A DNA stretch of 63,674 nucleotides, counting the filler, from Octopus bimaculoides (taxonomy: Eukaryota), in NCBI RefSeq assembly GCF_001194135.2. It is 4 parts of 3 records of this genome, joined end to end, with 100 filler letters (N's around TTAATTAATTAA, not from the genome) between each part and the next. Parts side by side here need not be neighbours in the genome. Positions count along the whole stretch, not along the records: positions 1 to 20,845 come from NC_069005.1; positions 20,946 to 48,577 come from NC_068982.1; 2 more parts are not named here. One strand, written 5' to 3'. The notes beneath the pieces were generated by a model, which saw nothing but the letters and a program-made list of their open reading frames with translations, did no database searches and was not told where the DNA came from. Positions 13,632 to 26,383 of this stretch are shown here, piece after piece (the first letter of the stretch is position 1; the number at the start of each line of letters is the position of its first letter). The position numbers were made by a program, and so were the translations under genes.

Positions 13632-14244
13632 ATACAGACAGATGGAAGCAGATAACTGCACAGCAAGATAAATAAAACATTACTGCAGACAAGTCTTAAA
13701 AACTCACCCAAAGAATATGGCCACACGTAGATTAAATGGCATAAAATTATTGTCGTTCTCAGCTTGTAGCATGGACAGACGGCGGAATGGTAACACAGTA
13801 TGATAATGTCTAAATAAACTTTTGTGTAATGAAATCTATTTGTATGAAATATATAGAAAACAAAATATTGTTTCCACTTTGCTGTAACTTTGTTAGATTT
13901 TATTTCCCTAAGGTAAACAATGGATGCCTAAATCTGTTTGTAGCTTTGAATACTCAATGAGATGTCTACATTTTTTTCTTCTTCCTAGTCTAGCTGTTTT
14001 GACGAGTTATTTTTCATTTCTATTCAGTGTAATGATAACGAGGTAGAAATAATGGCTTCAGGGCCAGCAGTTTTTATGGGAGTGGAGCAATGTTAGTTGA
14101 TATCATCACCCGCTGCTTCTCCCAGGACGTGACTAGTACTTTCGTTATATCAACCCCCGTGGGATGAAAGGCAAAGTTGACTCTGGCTGGCGCTGGAACC
14201 AGAATGCAAAGAGCCAGAAATACTGCAAAGCATTTAAGGCAAAA

Positions 14245-14428
14245 ATGTTAGCACGCCGGGCAAAATGCTTAGCAGTATTTCGTGTCTTTACACTCTGAGT
14301 TCAAATTCTGCCAAGGTCAACTTTGCCTTTTATCCTTTCAGGGTTGATAAATTAAGTTCCAGTTGTGCACTGGAGTCGATCTAATCAACTGGTCCCCTCC
14401 CCCGAAATTTCGGGCCTTTTGCCTAGAG
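14245..14428 (+). mobile_element. SINE family A
   Basis: GTTAGCACGCCGGGCAAAATGCTTAGC...GAGTTCAAATTCTGCC...AGTAGAAA. Confidence 0.85.
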
Positions 14429-14483
14429 TAGAAATGAATACAGCTAAGCATTCTACCACCTCACTACTTTCAATATGCTAGTA

Positions 14484-14700
14484 ATAATCCTTTTTACTAA
14501 TGGCAAAAGGTCTGAAATTTGTGGGGAGGGGACTAGTTGATTACATCAACCCCAGTATTTTACTGGTATTTAATCTATCAATCCCTGAAAGATTGAAAGG
14601 CAAAGTCAACCTCGGCGGAATTTAAACTCAGAGCATGAAGACAGACGAAATACTACTAAGCATTTTGCCCGGCATGCTGATGGTTCTGCCAGCTCACCAT
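14484..14700 (-). mobile_element. SINE family A
   Basis: Full-length motif order on the reverse strand. Confidence 0.85.
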
Positions 14701-14712
14701 CTCTTTAATAAT

Positions 14713-14922
14713 CCTTTCTACTATAGGCACAAGGCCTGAAATTTTGGGGGAGGGGGACAATCGATTTAATCGACCCCAGTATGCAACTGGTACTTAATTT
14801 ATCAACCCTGAAAGTATGAAAGGCAAAGTTGACCTCGGTGGAATTTGAACTCGGAACGTAACGACAAACGAAATGCCACTAAGAATTTTGTCCTGCGTGC
14901 TAACAATTCTGCCAGCTCGCAG
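14713..14922 (-). mobile_element. SINE family A
   Basis: Full-length motif order on the reverse strand. Confidence 0.85.
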
Positions 14923-14989
14923 CCTTCTGCCATCTTCTTAAAAATAATAACAACAATAATGATGATGATAATAATAATAATAATAATGA

Positions 14990-15186
14990 CCCTCTCTACC
15001 CTGGGAGTAAGGGGAGTAGCCGATTACATTGACCCTAGTAGTCAGCTGGTATTTATTTTATCGGTCCTGAAAGGATGAAAAGCAAAGTCAATCTCGGCAG
15101 AATCTGAAATTCAGAACACAAAGGACTGATGACGTGCTTGCCAGCATTTCATCCTGCATGCTGACGGTTCTGCCAACTCACCTCCG
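14990..15186 (-). mobile_element. SINE family A, diverged
   Basis: GAAAGGATGAAAAGCAAAGTCAATCTCGGCAGAA and head remnants. Confidence 0.7.
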
Positions 15187-16544
15187 TAATACTAATAATG
15201 ATATCACAAAACTAAAGAACAAGACATCCACAATATTTTTCAGTCTATATATAACTGTAGTAATTATTAGAGTATATTGTTTAGTGTATCTTATCATGGC
15301 TATCAGCAACTGTTGTCTGCTAATCATCTTTAATTAGTTTTTTTTTTGTTTGTTTGCTTTGTTCTTTTACTCTTAAACTGTAGTCTGTAACTACACATGT
15401 TATGTATTCATGAGGCCCTTTATGTTATTTTATATTTATACTTTTATATATATGTATATATATATATATTTGTCTTTTATAGTATTAGTGGTAATTGTTT
15501 TTTTTTCTTTTTCTCTTTTTTTTTTTTTGTTGTTGTTTCTAAGCAGAGTAAGAATTAAGAGTAAATAAAGTAAAAATTAGAATAATTGAGCAAATAATAG
15601 ACTAGGAATTAGAATCACTCTATCATTTTCTATTATATAATAATAATAATGATGATAATAATAATAATAATGGTAATGAAATTACATACTGTATACAGGC
15701 ACAGATATGACTGTGTGGTTGAGAAATTTGCTTCTAAACCATGTGGTTTGGGGTTCAGTCCCTTTGGTGGCGCCTTGGGCAAGTGTTTCCTACTATAGTC
15801 CTAGGCCTTGTGAGTGGATTTTGTAGACAAAAACTGAAAGAAGCCCATCATGGCTAAAGTACTGATGGGCGATTAGTTTATTAGTTACATAGGTAACCAG
15901 TTAATGAATAATGAGGAAGTAAAATAGAACCAGTGTTTGTATATATTTATTACTGGCATAATGACCCTCCCAATATAAAAATAATAAGATGTAATCTATA
16001 AATTAGCATTCAAAAAAAAAACTTGGTGTGGGTGGTTTTAACATGATTTCCTAGTTTGATATCAATCTGATCTGTTAATCCATCTTAATTAGCTTGCTTA
16101 GCTGAATTCAATATACTTCCTATTCTTAGATTTTTTATGCTAATCCATCAATGGATCATATATGTGTCATGGCCAAGTGGTTAAGAAGTTTACTCTGCAA
16201 TTATGTGGCTCCAGGTCCAGTTTCACCCAAACGAGTTGTCTTCGGCATCAGCCTTGAGTCAGCCTGAGCCTATTAAGTGAAAATTGTTTGACAGAAACTG
16301 AGCAGAATCCTGTTAGAGGGATCATTCTTGTTCTTGGAGGGCAAATGAACCCATTCCCTTGGTTTAGTTTAAAACTTGGTCCTTGGATGTATTTAAGGGA
16401 ATAAATTCCATTGCAAACAATGGGGTCATGTCTCTGGGTCCAGAATAACTTCCTCTCCTCTTGCGCCAGTCTTGGAGACCCATACAGAAATCGTGTCCAC
16501 TGCATGTCTTTCTATAAATAAGTATTGTTATTATTTTTAAGAAG

Positions 16545-16764
16545 ATGGCAAAAGGCTGCGATCTGACAGAATCGGTTGCACGCCGGACAAAATTCTTAGA
16601 GGCATTTCGTTTGTCTTTACGTTCTGAGTTCAAATTCCGCCGAGGTTAACTTTGCCTTTCACCCTTTCAGGGTTGATAAATTAAGTACCAGTGAAATACT
16701 GGGGATCGATCAAATTGACTGGCCCCTCCCCCAAAATTTCAGGCCTTGTGCCTATAGTAGAAGG
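16545..16764 (+). mobile_element. SINE family A
   Basis: Full-length motif order with many CpGs retained. Confidence 0.85.
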
Positions 16765-16829
16765 GAACCCAGGAAGATATGGAACATGGTGGTAAAGCAT
16801 GATCTTCAAACATTGGGCCCCCATGGAAG

Positions 16830-17280
16830 CAATGTCAAGTAACCAAGACTTTTGGTGATATGCCGTGCTTCAGAAGTTCCGTCAAGCCAAGTGAAACCAT
16901 ATTCATGGCCAGTGCTGGTGTCACATAATTGGCACCCATGCCAGTAGTACATAAAAGGCACCCTTTGAATATTGGGCCTCACGGAGACAATGATAAGGGA
17001 CAGAGACCTTTGGCGATGTACCATGCTTGAGAAAAGTCATCAAGTGAAACTGCAGTCATAGCCGATGCCGGTGTCACTTAACTGGCACCCCTTGCTGGTG
17101 GCATGTAAAAAAGCACCCATTACACTCTTGGAGTGGTTGGCATTAGGAAGGGCATCTAGCTGTAGAAACTCTGCCAAATCAGATTGGAACCTGGTGCAGC
17201 CCTTCAACTTACCAGTTTCAGTCAAACTGTCTAACCCATGCCAGCATGGAAAGCGGACATTAGATGATGATGATGATGAT
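16830..17280 (+). mobile_element. SINE-like family C, long copy
   Basis: GGCATTAGGAAGGGCATCTAGCTGTAGAAAC...CATGGAAAGCGGACATTAGATGATGATG. Confidence 0.8.
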
Positions 17281-18054
17281 TCAAACAAATATGCGTGTCT
17301 GTTTCAGAATTGTTCTCACGTGGAAGGAGGCATGATTTGAGATTACGTGTTGCAACTGAAACAGTCACATCAGAAAAGAACTATTTTAGTCATTTAAAAC
17401 GAATAAAAAAGAAAGAAAAACTTGTTAAATTCACTTTTAATTTATTTCTTGAGAGGTGTCAAAATTTCTCACCAGACAACTGCGATCAGGTTCATCACCA
17501 GAAATTGACTGCACGTAAAAACTGTCAGTGAGCAGGTCATAGTAGAGCAGCAAAAAATGTTGACACCTCAACAAATAAATTAATAAATAGGGAATCTAAT
17601 AGTTTCTAATGTGTTTTTAAATGGCTAAAATGATTCTTTCACAATGCAGCTGTTTTATATCATCTTCACCATTTTAACATTTGATTCTTTTCCTATGCTT
17701 TCATGGGTCAAAGGAGTGTATGTTAGAACAGTTTTCAACGGAGGATGCCTTGTCATCAACCTCTACTTATTTCCAAGTGAGGATAATCATTTTCCAGACT
17801 ATCAAACATCCTGGACATGTACACACACACACACACGAACACACTTCTGTATGTGTGTGTGCGTGTGTGTATATATATATGTGTGTGTGTGTGTATATAT
17901 ATATGTATAGAGTGTTAGGTGTGGTGTACAGAAATTGAATATTGAGAAAAAAAGTCGTCAGAATTTCGAAAAAAAATCTTTTTATTCTTCATTATTATTA
18001 GCATTTTCATTCATTTCTCGAACTTGTCAAATAGAATATATATATATATATCAA

Positions 18055-18392
18055 CATCATCATCATCATCATCGTTTAACGTCTGCTTTCCATGCTAGCA
18101 TGGGTTGGACGATTTGACTGAGGACTGGTGAAACCGGATGGCAACACCAGCCTCCAATCTGATTTGGCAGAGTTTCTACAGCTGGATGCCCTTCCTAACG
18201 CCAACCACTCAGAGAGTGTAGTGGGTGTTTTTACGTGTCACCCGCACGAAGGCCAGTCAGGCGGTACTGGCAATGGCCACNNNNNNNNNNCAGCTGGATG
18301 CCCTTCCTAACGCCAACCACTCAGAGAGTGTAGTGGGTGTTTTTACGTGTCACCCGCACGAAGGCCAGTCAGGCGGTACTGGCAATGGCCAC
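18055..18392 (-). mobile_element. SINE-like family C (contains duplicated contig overlap)
   Basis: (CAT)nCGTTTAACGTCTGCTTTCCATGCTAGCATGGGTTGGACG...CTGGATGCCCTTCC. Confidence 0.85.
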
Positions 18393-18394
18393 GA

Positions 18395-18426
<32 letters not shown>

Positions 18427-18689
18427 GCCTGGTGCAGCCTTCTGGCTTGCCAGTCCTCAGTCAAATCGTCCAACCCATGGTAGCATGGAAAGCAGAAGTT
18501 AAATGATGATGATGATAATATAGATATATACACATGCTCACACACACACATACATGTATATATGTGTATACATTGAAATCTGGCTAAATTCGGTGTGTCT
18601 TCACTCACTTCATTGATGCTGAAATGAGAGGGCCAATCCACATTCCACATCTTGGTATATTTTTCTCCAAATCAAATTTTGAATTTACT

Positions 18690-19090
18690 TCTGTTGGCAA
18701 CAAAGGGTTTCTGAGAGTGAAGGGCAGATTGTATGATGCCAGTGTGCAAACAGCCATGCTACACAGCAATGAAGCATGGACTATGACTGCAGAGGACAGG
18801 TAAAGACTTGAAAGAATGAATTTTGTATGCCCCCACTGGATGTGCAATGTCAGTGTGCACGTACAGCAAAGTTTAAGTGTCTTTGAGAGAAAAAATTGGG
18901 CATAAGAGGCATCAGAGGTGGTATGCAAGGGAGATAACTGCACTAATATGGTTATATGACGCATATGGATGAGGACAGCTCTGTAAAGAAGTGCCGATCT
19001 CTAACTGTAGAAGGAACCTGTGGAAGAGGTAGAGCTAGGAGGACATGGGACAAGGTGTTGAAGCATGGTCTTTGAATGTAGGGTTTCACA
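18690..19090 (+). mobile_element. Decayed RTE-clade LINE 3' fragment, same family as 30950-32090
   Basis: Disrupted translation LRVKGRLYDASVQTAMLHSNEAW...ERM...HWMCNVSV...GRGRARRTWDKV matches the post-RT region of RTE ORFs. Confidence 0.7.
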
Positions 19091-20207
19091 GTTTTATTTT
19101 TGCGTTCATTTTTAAATTTGAGAAAAGTGCTCAAGAATTATTCCTCAACCCAATAAACAGCACCCGCTACACTCTCAGCCTGGTTGGTCCGAGGAAGGGC
19201 ATCCAGCTGTAGAAACCAAGCCAAAATCAGATTGGATCTTGGTGCAGTAGTCTGGCTTACCAGTTCCAGTCAAACTGTCTAACCCATGCCAGCATGGAAA
19301 TCAGATGCTAAATGATGATGATGATGATAATTCACCTGAAGAAAAAGTTTTCTTTTTTTTTTCATAATGTAATCAAATTATTCATCAATAAAAATTGTGT
19401 CTGAAATAGCTATAGTGAACCTTTAACCCATTCGTGTTCTTATATATATATATAATATATATATATATGTGTGTGTGTGTGTATATGTGTATGTGTGCGT
19501 GTGTGTGTGTGTGTATAATTGATTTATCAATAAGTTTCCTTAAATTACGCAATGAAAAACACCAATACATTAATTGAAAAAAAAATGACTTAATAATTTA
19601 TTAGAGTTTTGTTTTTTATTCAATAAAGGAGGCAACTGTTACTTCAAACTTTTGACATGATTGGCTTTACCTACCCCCATACACACACACATCTATTTTG
19701 ACTGCGCAATACAGCCATTTTCACATGAGTGTTATAGTAAAAACAAAAATGGCCATCACTCTCAATTGTTTATGATCTGATAACGTGTAACCATGCTTTT
19801 GCTAATTGCTCTAGGTGCTTATGTAATCTCAAGGGGACATAGACAACCGCCCTTTCTAGACATGAACCCGGGGCAACATCAAGGATGTGAGAGTGGGATG
19901 GAGAAAGGGTTGAATGAGCATCAGGCTGGTACTCAGTTTCACCTGAGTAGACTGTTACAATGCAAAATGAATGCCTTGCTCAATAAACACAAAGCCCTGC
20001 CCAATCCAGGAATTCAACATGTATTTAAAAAGGGGTTTCAAGTATGTTTCCATCACCCTGTATTAGAAAATACTTGTTTTAGAATATTGGTGATTTTGAT
20101 TAAAAACAAGGTCAAACTTTAAAAATATGTTGTTTGAAAAATTAAAAACAACATATTTTTTTATTATAATTATTACATAGTTAAAGCAATATATATTGTT
20201 GCTCATA

Positions 20208-20562
20208 TAGGTGCAGGTAATGCTGTGTGGTTAAGAAGCATTTTTAGCAACCATGTGGTATTGGGTTCAATTCCATTGTGTAGTACCTTAGGCGGGTGTC
20301 TTCTTCTATAGCCCTGAGCCAACCAATGCTTCGTGAGTGAATTTGGTAGATGAAAACTGTGTGTAAGATCTCACACATGCACACACTACTTGACAACCGG
20401 TGTTGGTTTCTTTACATCCCTATAATATAGCAGTTTGGCTAAAGCAACCAATAAAAGAAGTACCAGGCTTTAAAAAATCAGTAATTACTGGAGTAGATTT
20501 GTTTGATTAAAACCTTCAAGGCAGTGCCCCAGCATGGCCACAGTCCAGTTACTGAAACAAGG
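20208..20562 (+). mobile_element. SINE family B, full-length, CpG-decayed
   Basis: Head, CORE-like block, central CA run and 3' GCCCCAGCATGGCCACAGTC...ACTGAAACAAG. Confidence 0.85.
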
Positions 20563-20845
20563 ACAGAGGATATATTTTCTTCTTCTCCACTAACATACCT
20601 TCTCAATAGAATTGCATAGTTTTTGCATAAAACCACAGAATGTTTTCAAAGTTAGTTGAAATTTTGTTCTAATGAGATTTTTTAAAAAAAACTTGGCAGT
20701 TTTAGCAGAAACTTCTTTTGAACATCTTCATCTTGTTCTGCTGCTCTCTGCTCTCCATCCTTACTTCTCTTACAATTTCTTTTTTTCTGTTTTTATTTTA
20801 TTTATTTTTTTTTATATTTTTCCTTCCTATATAGTGTGACATAAC

Positions 20846-20945
20846 NNNNNNNNNNNNNNNNNNNNNNNNNNNNNNNNNNNNNNNNNNNNTTAATTAATTA
20901 ANNNNNNNNNNNNNNNNNNNNNNNNNNNNNNNNNNNNNNNNNNNN
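20846..20945. other. Artificial scaffold spacer N44-TTAATTAATTAA-N44
   Basis: Exactly 100 bp. The palindromic 12-mer gives stops in all six frames, and identical structures occur at 48578 and 55156. Confidence 0.95.
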
Positions 20946-21564
20946 TATATATATATATATATATTTATGTGCCAGTGGCATGTAAAAAGCACCATTTGAG
21001 CTTGATCATTGCCAATACCGCCTGACTGGCTCCTGTGCTGGTGGCATGTAAAAAACACCGTTCAAGTGTGGTCATTGCCAATGCCACCTGACTGGCTCCT
21101 TCAAGGTTACTGTCAAACTAAACTTTTCTTCATAAAAGTTTAATGTGTGTATGTGCGTGTGTGTGTGCACATGTGTGTGTGTGTAATCTAACATTGTTAT
21201 CTTTTCCTGTTGTGTTTGATAAGTTTATCGTCTGCGCTATCACTAAGTACTTAAAGTTGCTAAGGTAACCGATATTATGAGAAACTGAAACAAAATCGTT
21301 GTCTAATAACTAAAAATGAAACGCACAAATAGAACAAAAAAAAAAACCATACACTGTCTGTTAAAATACAAAAGACACCATTTTCACAGATGAACAAATG
21401 CAAATTTCACAATTTGATAAGAGACATACAAAGAATTCCAAACATTCTGATTGGACCCTCAGTTTCTTCTGTATGTAAGCAATCTAGAATACACTTAATA
21501 AGCTGCATCTTCACTTGGATGTTATTGTATTGTTAAATATGAAAAAGAAGATACATTTATAACC

Positions 21565-21780
21565 ATCATCATCATCGTCGTCGTTTAACGTCTGCTTTCC
21601 ATGCTGGCATGGGTTGGACGATTTGACTGGGGACTGGCAAACCAGAAGGCTGCACCAGGCTCCAATCTGATCTGGCAGAGTTTCTCCAGCTGGATGCCCT
21701 TCCTAATGCCAACCACTCCAAGAGTGTAGTGGGTGCTTTTTATGTGCCACCGGCACAAGGGCCAGTCAGGCGGTTCTGAC
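21565..21780 (-). mobile_element. SINE-like family C
   Basis: CGTCGTTTAACGTCTGCTTTCCATGCTGG...CTGGATGCCCTTCCTAATGCCAACCAC. Confidence 0.85.
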
Positions 21781-21851
21781 TGAAACAAGAAAAAGAGTGA
21801 ACAATTGTTGAGAGGAATTGTATTATGAACTGTTGGTGACCTCTTACCTTT

Positions 21852-22206
21852 TACTTGTTTCAGTCCTTAGACTTGGACCATGCTGGAGCATTGCCTTGAA
21901 TTTTTAGTCAAACAAATAGACACCAGTATTTTTTTTAAAACCTGGTACTTATTCTATTGATGTTTTTTGCTGAACCGCCAAGTTATGGGAGTGTAAACAA
22001 ACCAACACCAGTTGTCAAGTGGGGTGGGAGTTGAGGACAAACATTGACACAAGGGATGCACATGCATATATATGATGGGCTTCTTTCAGTTTCCATCTGC
22101 AGAATCCACTCACAAGGCTTTGGTCGACCTGAGGCTTTAGTAGAAGATACTTGACCAAGGTGCCATGCAGTGGGACTGAACCCAGAACCATGTGGTTGGA
22201 AAGCAA
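21852..22206 (-). mobile_element. SINE family B, full-length
   Basis: All B modules present in reverse order. Confidence 0.85.
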
Positions 22207-23377
22207 ACTTCTTACCACATAGCCATGATATCTGATTTTTATATTAAATAAATAAAATAAATATACACACTCATATCCATACAGATTTAGTGTCTCTCCA
22301 TGTGAGAATAGGCCCATGAGGGCCATTTTTTGTAGCTTGAGACAAGGATTGAACTATTTGGTTTCAATGTTGTTAGACAATTCTTCAAGATTTACTCACC
22401 CCTTTGCTTCCAAATTGCTAAAGATCCAAGCAGAAGGTTATTAACATATAAACAAAACAAGTTCCTTTACATAAACGTACAAGATTGACAGCTCAACAGT
22501 AAACACTAAAATATGTGTGGGTTACGATGTGGAGACTCGTCATTCAGAAGCTGCCAAAATGGCTCCTGTGAGTCTAATTTCACAATGAAAGTAAATACAG
22601 AAATATAAATCAATACATTTATCTAATCCTAACCCATACCGTATTGGTACTCAAGTAGTTCTCTTAAATTGACAATGGTAGGAAAGTCCTGGAATGTTAA
22701 AACATTAACAGTCTTCCTCAAAATAGGCACAGCAAAATAACCTCCCTCATTTTTCAAGTTGACAAATGTTTCAACAACAAACATAAGATGTGCACCAATT
22801 GAAACCATGATAGAAACTGAACCAAAAACGGTAAACCTTTAGCTACATCAAGACATGATTATCATTTGCCTAACTTCACTAGTATCACACTAACACCTAT
22901 ATAAAATATGGGAGGTTTTTCTGCCCCACCTTGTATTTAGAATGTGTTGTTTTAAGTTTTGCAATACTTAATCTACATAGAATTAATTAGAGTTGAATTA
23001 ATAAAAGCCAATGTAATTAATTAGTACAGAATAGCTATAGACCTTTACGAATATATCCAATTAGTATGATCCAGTGAAATACACTAGCACCAAATAAGTG
23101 GTGTACAAAATATTTAATTTCAACCAGATGTACAATATGTCTGACACTTCCTTGAGTTTCTTCCAAACACAAAGATAATTCATACCATAATGTATTCACT
23201 TCCTACACAGAGGTCACGTAACATCACCATAAAACACAGTGTTCAGCAAAACCTCTTTAAACAATCCAACCTGTGAGGGTCCAATCAATGAGGCTACTGC
23301 TTTGTAGTTGCTTGACAGGGTAGAAATAGCAACCAAATCTCCCTCAAGCACCACTCCATTACCTTAACTATTCAGTA

Positions 23378-23763
23378 CCGTAAATCCTTGAGCATAATAC
23401 GCAGGGGATATTTAGGGGGCTGTACCTCTGAAAAACGTAAACCTTGTGTATAAAATGCACCCCTTCTCTAACTTGAGTCAAGGAGGTCTATATAACGTCC
23501 TTGGTTTGTAAACGTATATATGGTAACGTCCTTTATTATTATTGTATATATAACATAAGGCAAACGTGTAGCTTTTTTGTGCTCTTTGCAGAAAAAGAAA
23601 TAACAGTAATAATGTCAGTGGAAAATAAATATTAAGTAAATTGCCTTTACATATTTATCACTTAGAAAATATTTTTCATTTTTAACCTCGTATATAGTAC
23701 GCACTAGAAATTTTGACCTTTAAATTTTGGGGAAAAGTGCAGATTATACTCAAGGATTTACAG
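23378..23763. mobile_element. Intact Tc1/mariner-type MITE with TA target duplication
   Basis: TA|CCGTAAATCCTTGAGCATAAT ... ATTATACTCAAGGATTTACAG|TA: 21-bp terminal inverted repeats with 2 mismatches and no ORF. Confidence 0.85.
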
Positions 23764-23765
23764 TA

Positions 23766-23954
23766 TTCAGATGACTGTCAAATGTAATGCTTCTTTATTC
23801 ACATCATTTCTAATTAATTATTATCTGATAGCTTTGAGATTTCAATAATGTGATTGTTTATTTTTACAATGACAGGCTGGATCTGGTTGGTTTGATCATA
23901 AAACAAGTACAGTATTTGGACCTGATACAGCTGGTTTAAATGCTAAAGGGTTAA
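23766..23954. mobile_element. piggyBac-like MITE fragment ending TGCTAAAGGGTTAA
   Basis: Shares internal sequence with 25330-25545 (CTGTCAAATGT(A/G)ATGCTT...GGATCTGG...AATATTTGG) and has a TTAA end. Confidence 0.55.
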
Positions 23955-24334
23955 AGAAGGGAAGGACACATTAGCTAATGCAGTCCTCTATTAACATAGC
24001 ATTAATACTTTAGATAATGCAGTACAGCTAACATGATGGAATGGTCATGATTGGAATCTCCTTTCATCATAGATCTACTACAGGATGAGGATTGAGCTAA
24101 GACTAAATAATAAGAACCAGCAAAACCTATGACCACATGTTCAGTGTAATGTAACCATTTCACTGTAAGCATGATAGTTGTCAGCTTCATGAAAATGCAT
24201 GTCACACCACCACCAACCAATACATCCCACTTCCCTGTGAAATAAAACTCTACATCAGCAGCAGTGTGGTGGTGGGTTATGTTGCAGTATTTCTCCATCA
24301 ATGTCATTCACCTCAAAGGATAAGATAACACATC

Positions 24335-24339
<5 letters not shown>

Positions 24340-24381
<42 letters not shown>

Positions 24382-24390
24382 AAGAAAGAG
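24340..24390. repeat. (GA)n microsatellite
   Basis: Direct inspection of the sequence. Confidence 0.95.
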
Positions 24391-24510
24391 ACTGTTGGTA
24401 GTCATTCCATCTGCTAGAAATAGCAGACAAATCTCCTTCATATTTCATCCTTCCATCTTAAGAAAAAAGAAACATTGGATAGTGTAGTCTTAAATGAGAT
24501 TTTAAATATG

Positions 24511-24548
<38 letters not shown>

Positions 24549-25329
24549 AGAGACAGTCATAGCTGGATTGTCCTTGATTAGAGGTTAGCTAGATGAGGGC
24601 TTACTTGGGGCTAAGAAACAACAAGGGTAAGATGTCAAATGAGTTGGTTTCAGACCCTGAATTCATAATAAACTTGCTTCCTGTTATGCGGAAGAAGTTA
24701 GGAGCCAACAGACATGGGAAATCCACCCAGACTAATGACATCTGCATAATTGTTATTCACCATAGATTTCTACAGAGATTGTTGTTGCTATTGATGTTTA
24801 ACCCTAGGCCAACCTTGAAAGGGCAGATGTACGATTGAAGGTGTTTCTCTTATGACCATCTGGTCTTTTATTTGGACACACTATATTATGGGTTACATTA
24901 TTTCAATGCATCCTTCTGTTTTTTTTGGGGGGGGGGTGAGATGGTGTGATATGAGTTGAGGATTATTTAGCTGCTATTCCTAACAGGTCAAGTGGCCACA
25001 GAAAGGTTCCTTCAGATCACAAAAGATGTCGTCGTTTGTGTTTAACCCCAGGTCAGCTCTGATATAGTAGACAGACTTATGACTAAAGATGCTCCACCCA
25101 TGACTGAAACACCTTTAATCATAAGTCACACTAGACAAAATGCTTGGCTGCAAATAATCTCTTTGTTTTCTGAGTTCAAATATGGCCAAGAGTGACTTTG
25201 CCTTTCATCCTTCTGGGGTCAATAAACTAAGTACCAATTGAGCACTAGGGTTGGTTGTAATTGACTAGTCCCTGCCTCCAAAATTTCGGGCCCTATAGTA
25301 GAAAGGGACTGTCATTGTTATTTAAAACA

Positions 25330-25545
25330 TTAGCCCTCTAGCATTCAGATCACTCTGTCAAATGTGATGCTTGTTCATTCAAATCGTTTTGAATTAATCA
25401 TGCAGGATGATGTAGTTACAGGATTTTTATGGTGTGATTTTTCAGTTTTAGAATGACCTATTAGTGTAGGTGTGAGAGGTCAGATCTGGCCAGTTTAAAC
25501 ATAGAAAAAGGTAGAATATTTGGGCTGGATATTGCCGGTTTGAAT
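25330..25545. mobile_element. piggyBac-like MITE copy beginning TTAGCCCTCTAGCATTCAG
   Basis: Homologous to 23766-23954; degenerate TTAACCCTTTAGCA terminus. Confidence 0.55.
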
Positions 25546-26054
25546 CCAGATGTGCTTAGTGGCATTTCATCCATCTTTATCTTCTGAATTCAAATCCTAT
25601 TACCATTGATTTTGCCTTTTGGGATCAATGGAATAAGTACCGGCTGAGCACTGGGGGTTGATGTAATCTATTTGCCCTCTTCCCTAAAGAATTTCAGGCC
25701 CCTGTGATTGCAGTAGAAAGGATTATTATTAAAAGCTTTCATTTGAACCTCAAGGGTATGCCCTTGCACTTGCCACTATCAATATCTCTTTCTTCCTTTA
25801 CTCAACCATCTCATTTGTACTCTGATCTCTGTTCCTTGTGAGTATGCCCGGAATTTTGCCACCATCTCCATCCTGCGGTTTCTCACTCTCTCTCTCTTCC
25901 TGCACTTCCCTCAGGTTGGGCAACCATGTATTTTCTTAGCAGTAGCATACCTATTTCTGTCTTCATTCCTGAACTTCTCTCTTCCTCTACAGTAAGACAC
26001 CTGTATCTGTCTCACTATAACCATTTCATCATCACCTTCCCTCTTAAAAGTTTT

Positions 26055-26383
26055 TGTCATGCAAGTACTTGGTGACCCTGTCAGTGCAGGGGCCACTTAA
26101 AAAGCACCCAGTCCACACTGTAAAGTGGTTGGTGTTTGGAAGGGCATCCAGTTGTAAAAGCCTTGTCAAAACTGACCTCACCTGTGCTTGTGCCACATAA
26201 AAAGCACTAAGTCCACTCTGCGAAGTGGTTGGTGTTAGGAAGGGCATCCAGCTGTAAAAATCCTGCCCAAACAGTCACAGAAGTCTGGTGCAGGCTTCTG
26301 CCTGGCCGGCTCTTGTGGTACCATCTCACCCATGCTAGCATGGAACACGGATGTTAAATGATGATGATGATGATGATGATGAT
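26055..26383 (+). mobile_element. SINE-like family C with duplicated GGAAGGGCATCC block
   Basis: Two AAAGCAC...GTGGTTGGTGTT(T/A)GGAAGGGCATCCAG units followed by a (GAT)n tail. Confidence 0.8.

Noticed and set aside
18179-18392. Exact 102-bp direct repeat flanking a 10-N gap
   Set aside because: Identical sequence on both sides of a placeholder gap is an unmerged contig overlap, not a repeat array.
20846-20945. Palindromic TTAATTAATTAA islands inside N runs (also 48578-48677 and 55156-55255) as a biological motif
   Set aside because: Identical 44+12+44 geometry three times with stops in six frames marks an assembler or scaffolder spacer. The two family B tails pointing away from the 55156 spacer, both lacking heads, also indicate separate contigs.
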